Positions 11,940-22,030 of a stretch of DNA of 64,000 nucleotides are shown here, piece after piece; the first letter of the stretch is position 1, and each line of letters starts with the position of its first letter. Source of the DNA: Pecten maximus (lineage: Eukaryota); NCBI RefSeq assembly GCF_902652985.1, contig NC_047024.1, positions 35,216,001 to 35,280,000 of the forward strand, given 5' to 3'. Below the pieces are notes generated by a model, which worked only from the letters and a program-made list of their open reading frames with translations, made no database searches and was not told the origin of the DNA. Position numbers and translations under genes: made by a program.

Positions 11940-12249
11940 AAATGTTCATTTGTGTTAATAGGAGAATTTGAGCACATAGGGTCATTGCAAATATTAAACC
12001 AACGAAGTCAGGAAAGTTCCTTCACCCACAGGCGTCTGCCTCTGGTTGGTATTTTTTAAAAACGTAAGCCTGTACTCTTACTGTATCAACGTTGATATAG
12101 TAGGAATAGGGGACTGGTCTTTTTTTTCTATTAATACTAACCTGAGGCAGACGCCTGTGGCTGAAGGAACTTTCCTGACTTCGGTGGTCAAAGATATGCA
12201 CTGACCCTAAGTGTTCAATTTCTCCTATTAACACCATTGTTGAACATTT
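11940..12249. mobile_element. Foldback/MITE-like inverted repeat with a P-like CACAGGCGTCTG core
   Basis: Arms of about 105 bp: gtgttaataggaga...gaagtcaggaaagttccttcacccacaggcgtctgcctc versus gaggcagacgcctgtggctgaaggaactttcctgacttc...tctcctattaacac. Confidence 0.75.
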
Positions 12250-12524
12250 TTAAGGCAAACTTACAATCTGAGCCATTATCAAAATCGTGTTGAATAATAT
12301 TATTTTTTCCAGATTGGAAAGGCGTGCAAACCATTCACACTGATTTCCTCACGTTATACAACTTAAGCTATATAACCGAAGCATTCAATTCCGTTCAAAT
12401 ATAATACAGCTCATGCTCTTTCGTTGCCAGCATTAACACGAACTAATACTGTAAGTATTTGGCTATAAAATATACCAGAGTGCGCTTCATGAAACGACCA
12501 AATATAAAAAAGAATCATTGAATT

Positions 12525-12850
12525 TCGTATTGGTTGAAATCGTGAGAATAATTGAATTTAACATTGGATAAAATCGAGAGAATGATTGAATTTCATATTG
12601 ATTTCTGATGAGCTATATTTACTAAGTTTGGGGGAGATTTTTAGGTGATATCAAAACATGGGACTTGGACCTTACCAAATACTTCAATTTCATCTTAAGA
12701 TATATTGATGATACCTCTTTTTAAAAAGTTTGGTTTACTATTGTTTAACGTCATATCAACAGCGAAGATCATTTAAGGACGGTCTTTAAATAACAAAATA
12801 AAAATGCTAACTACGTTGATTGGATATAAAAAACCAATTACCCTAGAATA
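12525..12850 (+). pseudogene. Degraded Penelope-like RT remnant with an inserted SINE tail (12728-12785)
   Basis: MIEFHID, IFTKFGG, KYFNFILRYIDD, NYVDWI; related to 5580-5820. Confidence 0.5.
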
Positions 12851-13618
12851 TTTTTAAGACTATCATAGTGTTTCACAGAAAAGTGTAACAGAAAGAAACC
12901 CAGACGCATGCAAAAGTGGATATCTTGCGGCTATTATTTTGAAAAAATTATCAAAATATTGGCCCCACTCATGAAATATATTTTGTATTACTGAAGACAC
13001 TGTTAGAATATTCATAATACCTGTGGGCACAATAGGAAAGTTTTCAAGAAGAGAAACACGAATCAGAATACGAGGATGCGATTTCTCCAACTGTGTCGTT
13101 GATTCGTGGAATTCCACCGTCTTTAGTCATGGCACTAACTTTGTATACCATTAACACCATCCAGGATGTAATATGGCAGGAAATGACCGGAAGTCAGCAC
13201 CAGTAATTAACGGTGAGTTACGGTGAGTAGATATTCTGTTTATTACATTTTACAGCAAAACATACCGGGTCAGGTTTTATGTTTCCCATTGTCCTTTGTA
13301 AGCAGTGTTTTGATTGGTCAAATCAGAAAATTAAAATATCAGACAGAGTGATATGTTTCACTAGTGAAATATATCACTTTTTTACTGGTAAAAATGTAAT
13401 AACTATTAACTACCACGGTAGTTCGTCAGAAAAACTTGAAATGACATTAAAAACAATTCTATCTGTGTGTTTTACATGGTGTGTATAGTAAACATTGTAA
13501 ATAGTAAGAAATATATTTTGTTTTAAAAGTTTTTAATTCGTAGTAATGCACAAACTCAACCATGTGTTTTATAAATAAATAGTTCTTTTTACATTAGTTT
13601 CATGTGAATTTGTTCCGA

Positions 13619-16600
13619 TCATGGGTCACCCGAGATGACAACATTATCTCGAACTACAGGTCTAGGTTTCCGCGTGACTTTCTGTAGGTTCCACGCGTAG
13701 TTGTACTTAGTTAACGTATCTAGTTTCGACTGATGTCTCTTGGGTACCAATGCTCGCCTTACAAAAACCTTACATCCATTCTCTACTACAGACCTGATTT
13801 GGTTTAGGAGACGTTTCTTCCCTCCATGGAGAAGATCGCACTCCCAATCGCTAGTGTTAGCTTTCCCGGGAACAGTCCGTGAATATACCACATGGCGCTT
13901 TCCCCGGGTCTTCGTTTGCACAGCTAACTCATACAACGCTGTTTTCCGTGATTGGTCATTGAACAGCTGTTTACGTTTCAAACATTTGCAGCCGAATTTT
14001 GTAATGAAGGCTCGTTTTGAACTTGGTTCAAATGCGTTGACTGGAGTGTATGCAAGACGCCATGTTGACCAATCTAAACGGCTGCACGTGAAAGAAGAGC
14101 TTGCGACTTTCTCTCTATGTATGGGTTGTAAGTCTGCCTTACACCTAACGTTTACCTGGAAGAAAAAAATGTAGTTTCTTAAAAATGTATGTCCAGTGAT
14201 TGTTAGTAACTAATTTCCCAATACATACCTGTTAAAAAAATGTTTCCCTTGGCAGGAAATATAAACATATTCGTATATTGGAGTTAAAATTTCCTCCTTT
14301 TATAAGATTGGTTTGCTGGTAATGCAATGGAGTTTACACCAATAGTGTACAGTAGCTCTTTGCTTTTTACATTTGATAAAAATGTAAAATAGTGTATTCC
14401 TATGAAAGACAATCACCCTGTTTTGTCCCTATGAAAGACAATTACCCTGTTTTGTCCCTATGAAAGACAATTACCCTGTTTTGTTTTTATGAAAGAAAAT
14501 TACCATATTTTGCTCCTATGAAAGACAATTGCCCTGTTTTGCTACTATGAAAGACAATCACCCTATTTTGTTTATATAAAAGACAATTACCCTGTTTTGT
14601 CCCTTTGAAACACAATTACCCTATTTTGCTTCTATGAAAGACAATTACCCTGTTTTGTTCCTATGAAAGACAATTACCCTGTTTGTCCCTTTGAAACACA
14701 ATTACCCTATTTTGCTCCTATGAAAGACAATTACCCTGTTTTGTAACTATGAAAGACAATCACCCTATTTGTTCCTATGAAAGACAATTACCCTGTTTTG
14801 TCTCACAATTGGCTTTAGTTTGGTCAGTGGTGAAGACTTTTCTTTCACAGTCAGTTTATTTTGACGGCTTCTTGGTAATTGTTTTTGCGATGAAGATGGC
14901 ACTTTTCTTTTCTTTATTTTCGGACTAGTGACTGTGGATATAGATGGCACAGGTACAGGATTTGATGATGTTGTACTATAATAGCTCGCCCCTGATTCGT
15001 TTCTTCGGAGAGTACCAAAGAGACCCTCCAACTCTCTGTTAATACCCCCGGGTCCATGTCTTGAACGGACCTCAGCTTCGTATCCCTGAAATGAAAGTTT
15101 TATTTCATCGTCTACATCAAATTTGTAGCTAAAAAGGAAAATGCATAGGAGGAGACAACACTATATAAGGCATCACGAATCATTCACAAAAAATCCTGTA
15201 AAATATAATAGATAAGTGTTAGATTTAAGCCTTTTATGTCAACTTTTTTGTTTTGTTTTTGTTTTTTTTTGTAACAGGATGAACAGCCGTAAAATGATTT
15301 TCAACATCTGGTTTCATGGACTATAATTATGTCAATTTCATGTCAATATCTTGACATTAAATGGCCTTTCTGTTCTTTCCAGGTCAAATTAACGTAAAAC
15401 TTTTCATTCGAATTTGACTATTTGACCTGAAGACATCTTGCTTTAGAACCAACAGATTAAGTAAAATGACGTTTACAACAACATATTTAATGATAATGTC
15501 AATTTTCATTCAAGTATATTTACGATAATTAACATATATCTTAGATAATAAGGTTTCTGAATCGGTGTTCTTCGGGTTCCGGTATCTAGCTATAATGATT
15601 GATAACCGAATATGTATTACCTGTTTTTATTTTCCTGTATAGTCTTAAAAGCGTTATATAAATACAACAAAAATATGTACTCTAAATACTCTCGCATAAT
15701 ATACGTACAGTAAAAAGGTCCTCGCCTCTCTCCCGATAACAAATAGCCATTATGAAATCACAAATGTTGGAAAATTCGCCCAGTTTGAGGTAGTGGCCGT
15801 CTGTGTTTGCGGCCATTGTCCTGTAGAAGTCCTCAACACCTTCGTGATCAAATGCCTGGACTCCATATATCTTTATTCCCTACAGAATAATATAATAGTT
15901 TGATCAATGCCATGCCGTATCTCACTGGAAATGTACCGCGTGTCTATTAATACTAGAAGCAACAATCTTGGTTAAATTGTGAAGTTATTTTGACTATTTT
16001 ATTTTTTATTTCCTGTTTGAAGAACACAATAATGTTATTACAGTATTAATAACAAACACAGGATAAAAAGGTAGGAGTGTTAGGATAATTAACTAACACT
16101 AATATATGCTTATTTGCAATGGGATACATTTTTAATTAATATCACATGTTAAGAATGAAATGTGATTTCTTTAAGGAAATTACCGTTTCTTATTAGATGA
16201 AAAACGCTAGAGGTATCGAATAATCATTAAAATGTGCCTTGAACTTTTCGTAAAATATGGTTGAATGCTACTAGACGGCAACCGGTAGAATTATGGCTTT
16301 TATTAATATCAGAATACTTATAATAATATATCTTCGTACGTACACTATTGCGGAGATGACTGACTTCCTCTTTCCAGTCAATGTTGTCCACATTCATCTC
16401 GTACTCGGGTTCGTGTGGGTTAGCGTCTCCAATCATCACCAGTATTTTCTGCGACATGGGAGTCCACGAGAAGTTTTCTCGGGCCATTCGAAGAATCAAT
16501 TCATAGCATTCATCCTCATCACCACCACCGGTACCTTCCGTCTCCTTCACGAAGTTACAAAGTTCCACGACATCGCTACACAGATCCAGCTCCTTGGTCA

Positions 16601-16805
16601 AATAGAAAACGTCTTTGTCGCAATAATCACCATGTGCAATGACGCCAATTCTTATGCCTGGAATGTCCGCCTGGAGGCGCTGTATCATGTCCTGCAATCT
16701 TCCCTGCAGCTCATCAAAAATGGAGGACATTGAACCCGTAGTGTCAAAGGAGAAGACGATTTCCATTTGACCTCCGGGAGGAAGAGCTAGTGTTCCTGTC
16801 GCCAT
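13619..16805 (-). CDS. VWA domain protein with C-terminal ET/HRT-like (degenerate GIY-YIG-like) domain, about 487 aa
   Basis: Coding exons 16805-16344, 15879-15709, 15085-14792, 14155-13619; all GT-AG, all phase 0, frame continuous. MIDAS FSFDTTGSM, HGDYCD, GGGDEDECYE, MIGDANPH. C-terminus LYELAVQ...RHVVY...KVFVRRA...KYNYAWN. Probable 5' UTR exon ends at 17722 (AAG|GTAAGT). Confidence 0.88.
14398..14800. repeat. 29-bp minisatellite (about 14 copies) containing the exon 3 splice donor of the VWA gene
   Basis: Unit tatgaaagacaattaccctgttttgtccc; on the - strand ...caaaacagg|gtaattgtctttcata. Confidence 0.9.
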
Positions 16806-18140
16806 ATTTATCTACACCTGTGAACACAGAGTATGCAATGTTATGTGTCAAATGACGAGGACGTTTGGTTTATGGACAACACCATATAGTCCAAGCAATT
16901 GATGAAGTGCATCAGGATCATCACAGATCAAGATGAGACATGGTTGGATATTAATTGCTTTCAATTTTAATAAGGGTGTTTTATCTGACTGCATCATACC
17001 CGATCCCAGACTGGCGCACCATTTATAAGTGTTCTTGTCTTTTCTTGGTTTAACATTCCATCTACTTTACAAAAAAAGAAAAAGCAACGGAATTCTGGCG
17101 ATTTATCGGCGAATTTTTAGCTTACTTCTAAATTATCATTATAAATAAAAAACCCTATTTAAATTGTACGATAGATATTTACTGATAGAACGTCCAGTTT
17201 CTGTGTTTTATTCTGGGTCTTAGTTCCTGGTATTGTGTTTGACGTACCTAACAATACGGGCAAGATTCAATCAGTAATTTTAGGATGAATACGTTAATTC
17301 ACTTATCACTCTTGCTTATTGGTATTATCATTGTTAATAAAACAAAATGTCACTCTGAAATAACAAAGCATGTGGTACTATGTATACAGCATTTGATAGA
17401 AAGAAATCGTTGTGTTCATAGTAGCATAATAATCTGAATTACTGACACAATGCACGGGAAAATAATAATAGTAATAATGATAGCACGCCCTACTCCAATA
17501 GATATCAACAGAACCAGTAAACACACTTCACCTTCAACTGATTAACGCCTACGGGAAGGTAAAAACCAATATAAATAAGCATCCCGGAAGAAGCTTTTTG
17601 CAGAGTAAGCATATCTTGCGCAAAATAAATCAGACAGTTATAGGAATTATACACGTAGTTCCGTGTTAGGATTATCATTTAACTTTATGACTTAGCACGG
17701 CTGGCACGTATTATAACTTACCTTGGCCGGTGTACAGTCCTTCAGCCGTACTCCCGTTAGTGAGGCGTGTGTGCTACCTAGGTCTGGTATCGGCAGATAC
17801 GGGTATTGATAAACACTATTATTATCGTCTATGTGTCCTATAAACAAGTCCTGTCATGTTGGAAATGTAAAACACATACAAATGTACATTTATGTCAAGG
17901 TATATGGAAGAGGGGTATCGAATGTAGTTTAGTCTATTTTTACCGCTGAGTTTTAAGAATGCGTAGGTGAAGCCAAATCAGAACATTTTTAGCTAACTCA
18001 CTCAAGTGTAAGTGAGCGTCTGCCTGGTACATCGTCCGTCATCATACGGTGTCGACAATTTCTCAAAATCCAAAATGCCTGGAATAAAGATGTTTGGCTG
18101 GTAGGTTCACAGGGACTTGAGAATGTGTTACAGTTTACTT

Positions 18141-19420
18141 AAGCATTGAACTGTTACCAAATGGTAGTATACAGTCGATATGAATACAGTTTGGGTGACA
18201 GATAAATAGAATGTCGCCCGTTAGGGCGACATGAAATATTTATCTGTCACCCAAATTGTATTCATATCGACTGTATACTACCATTTTGTAACAGTTCAAT
18301 GCTTATATTTACATTCATAAAGATTTTTCATTTAGTGTATGTTATGACGCGTTTAAATTTGCCGCTTACCCTATCACTGACGTCATCAAGTTCAAATACC
18401 GGAACAGCCGAAATTTCCAGAAGGAATAATATAGTTCCTGATGTCGTTATTAATAGCAAGCACATATGTAAGAACGTTTTTGTACAAATATGGCTTTATT
18501 TTTTATTTCATATACGCTTGTACATGTAGGTATCGCCAAATTATTCACAATTGCATAATTTCTTATTGTTCAAAATCGAAACCGTTTTTTCTGCGCAATG
18601 ATATAAAGTTAACATTTAGAAGTGATGCGGTTCGAACGGGCATTGCCCAGGACAGACTCGATTCCTCGGAAACACTTATGTTTCTATCGACTGGATTTAC
18701 GTTAATTTAACAAGAATACCAGCGTTTAGATTCTAAATGAAAGTCGTCTTGACAGTAGGGGAAACGATTCCAAGGATATTTCGTTCGAAACAGATTCCAG
18801 TCTAACCGGTCAACTCAGTGCACGTGTCGCTAGGCTAACTTGGCAGACGATTTTCAACTTCATAGGGGCTCGATTTTGTAAGGTAGGCCTTTGACATCAG
18901 TGAATAATCACAAAACTAAAATCCAGTAGGCCTACACATATTCAACCGGAAACCATGTCGATACTCCCGATATTTATACAAGATTGTTTTTATAAATACA
19001 TTACTTTTATTGTTGTCGTATCTTGCATTTCTGAAAATTCGGAACGAGCCCTGTGAGTGTGACGACATTCACAATTTGATCATATTTCGTATAGATCAAG
19101 AGTGGCACTTAATTATAGTAATTTCGTGTTGACTACATTTTTCTAATTATAAAATGATACTCTCATAACTTGTAATGTTGCTTTATTTTTCGTTGTGGCT
19201 TCTGTAAATAAATGCTAGCATTCCAAAGCTCTCTAGGCCGAAAGTAACTGGCGGCCATTGTTTAACCTACAACACTTGGAGCTGTATTCCTACACTGACC
19301 GAATCACTGTAAATTGTAGTATACAGTCTCATGAATACAATTTGGTTTACTAACGACATATAGACAAATGCAACACAGAATGTAAATATAGACAAATGTA
19401 ACACAGAATGTAAATATATG
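18141..19420. mobile_element. Palindrome-headed non-autonomous element (superfamily uncertain)
   Basis: Near-perfect hairpin 18141-18304 followed by atatttacat; partial third arm copy at 19316-19345 followed by atgtaaatat. Confidence 0.6.
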
Positions 19421-19494
19421 TATTTGGACCTCCCCTAGTGTGTATAGCACATTTTCAGACGTTTTGGGTATGTAATTGAACGCCCGGGGAGTCA

Positions 19495-20592
19495 TTTTTA
19501 TACGCCCGACAAAAGACTTAAGTATTATGTTATCATGTTGGCGGGCGGGCGGGAACATATGGTGTCCGGACCATAACTCCAATACTACTCGACCCAGGCT
19601 CTCCATACTTGACACAAATATACATCTTGATGAGTCGGAGTGTCGCATACCAAAATCATGCCCCTTACCCCCTTATGTGTGGAGTTATTCCCCTTTGACG
19701 GTTTAACTTCGGGCACATATGGTGTCCGGACCATATCTCCAGTACTACTCGACCCAGGCTCTCCATACTTGACACAAATATACCAAAATCATGCCCCTTA
19801 CCCCCGTAGTTGCGGAGTTATTCCCCTTTGATGATTTTACTTGTCCGGACCATAACTCCAATACTACTCGACCCAGGCTCTCCATACTTGACACAAATAT
19901 ACATCTTGATGAGCCGGAGTGTCGCATACCAAAACCATGCCCCTTACCCCCTTATTTGTGGAGTTATTCCCCTTTGATGATTTTACTTCGGGCACATATG
20001 GTGTTGAGCTCTCCATACTTAACACAAATATACATCTAGATGAGCCGGAGTGTCACATACCAAAAGTATGCCCCTTACCCCCTTATTAGCGGAGTTATTG
20101 CCCTTTGATGATGTTACTTATCCGGACCATAACTTCAATACTACCCGACCCAGGCTCTCCATACTTGACACAAATATACATCTTGATAAGCCGGAGTGTC
20201 GGATACCAAAATCATGCCCCTTACCACCTTATTTGTGGAGTTATTCCCCTTTGATAATTTTACTTGTCTGGTTAAAATTTTGTAATTGCTCACCGTTCAC
20301 TTAATAATGGTATTAGGAGGCTGATTCTTTGCAAAGAGGTTCTTTTAATGAATATATTCTGTATATAAACATGTGAACTAATTTTTGTGTTGTTGTGTCT
20401 AAACCAAGGTTTCCCATATTTGCAACATATATATACATCTCATCATTTAAAGTTGCCCTTCGGTTTCGACTACACACCAACTTTTCAACAATGATGCTTC
20501 ATTTTAAAGCATTACAACCTGTGAAACTACCCCCTTCCAAGTGTCAAATATTGCGGCGGGCGTACGTTGTGGCCCTCCAACGTGCCCTTGTT
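19495..20592 (+). mobile_element. Helentron-like HINE with internal tandem repeats
   Basis: 5' tttttatacgcccg, (ggcg)n tract, about five internal 115-170 bp units (gtccggaccataactccaatactactcgacccaggctctcc...), 3' cgggcgta subterminal IR, acgttg/caacgt hairpin, cttgtt end. Confidence 0.8.
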
Positions 20593-21286
20593 ACCGAATT
20601 TTAATCTAGCCCCCCAAAACACCTGAAAATGTGCTATACACACTAGGGGAGGTCCAATACATGTAAGTTGTAACTAATCATCAAGTCTCCCTGTGGGTGG
20701 GTTACTTGGATGAAGCCCCAAAAGTGTCCAAACAAAATAATATTTAAACACTCTCAAGCTTTAGGTTACATCTCGCCAGAAAAGTTATCAGATCACTCAT
20801 GCATTACCAAGCCCTTAATTCTTCTTGAGATATACCCATGATACCATGATATTTTGCCTTTAAATAACAACAAATAAATTGATTGCCTTTTTAACCTAGC
20901 TAACTGCTTTTCCAACCAGCAGCATCAATTTACAAGCCGTTGCTATCTAATAGCCTATTCTCATATCACGATACAGTACGGAGTTTTGAGAGATGTAGAT
21001 TACATAATTTTGTACTCGGTAGCCTTTTTTTATCATATTCAACTCTCGTAAAATGAAAACGAATGATCAAGTCCCTGTGGGTGGGTTACTTGGATGAAGC
21101 CCCAAAAGTGTCCAAACAAAATAATATTTAAACACTCTCAAGCTTTAGGTTACAGGGGTCAAATTTACTAAAACTCTCAAACCATTTTCAATTTAACAAA
21201 AGTCCTAGATTCATAACATATATGCCAGAAGGATACATACTTGAGGGATAGTCCAAATACATGTAGACTTTAACAAATTCTCAAGA

Positions 21287-22030
21287 CCCTGTCGACGAGT
21301 CCTATACGGACGAGGCAGCTGTATGGTGTCCCTAGCATCAGACGAATCCTAGACGGACGACACGGCTGTGTGATGTCCTTAGCATCACTGACGAGTCCTA
21401 GATGCACAAAACTGTATGGCGTCCCCATGCAGTGTCCCTAGCAACACTGACGAGTCCAAGGAGGAAACAGCTGTATGATGTTCTCAGCATCACTGACGAG
21501 TCCTAGATGCACAAAACTGTAGGGTGTCCCCTGCAGTGTCCCTAGCATCACTGACGAGTCCAAGGAGGAAAAGTTTGTATGATGTTCCTAGCACCACTGA
21601 CGTGTCCTAGAATGACGAAACATCTGTATGGTGTAATCCGCAGTGTCCCAGCACCACTAACAAGTCCTGGAAAGAACCAGCTGTATGATGTCCCTAGCAT
21701 CACTGACGAGTCCCAGAAGGACGAAACACCAGGTCCTGTATGATGTACATGTCATCAATGTCGAGTCCTAGACTGAAATAGCTGTATGGTGTCCGTAGCA
21801 TCACTGACGAGTCCTAGAATGACGAAACAACTGTATGGTGTCCCTAGCATCACTGAAAAGTCCTTTAACGAAGAATCAGCTGACATGACAAGCCCTAGAA
21901 GGGCGAAAACGCTGCATGGTGTCTCTAGTAATCCCGAGCATCACTGAAGAGTTTTATCAAGAGGAATCAGCTGTAGGGTGTCCCTTTCATCATCGACGAG
22001 ACCTAGGAGGAGGAAACAGCTGTATAGTGT
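21287..22030 (+). ncRNA. Tandem array of about 15 minimal type-I hammerhead ribozyme motifs (about 49-nt unit)
   Basis: Consensus CAUCA-CUGACGA-GUCC-UAGAA-GGAC-GAAA-C-AGCU-G-UA^UGRUG-UCCCUAG. Intact cores at 21698-21745 and 21799-21840; compensatory stem variants in other copies. Confidence 0.85.

Noticed and set aside
19304-20304. Cluster of 60-114 aa ORFs with repeated CPDHNSNTTRPRL
   Set aside because: Translations of HINE internal tandem repeats.
21287-22030. CRISPR array or plain satellite
   Set aside because: No spacers; the unit is fully explained by hammerhead secondary structure.
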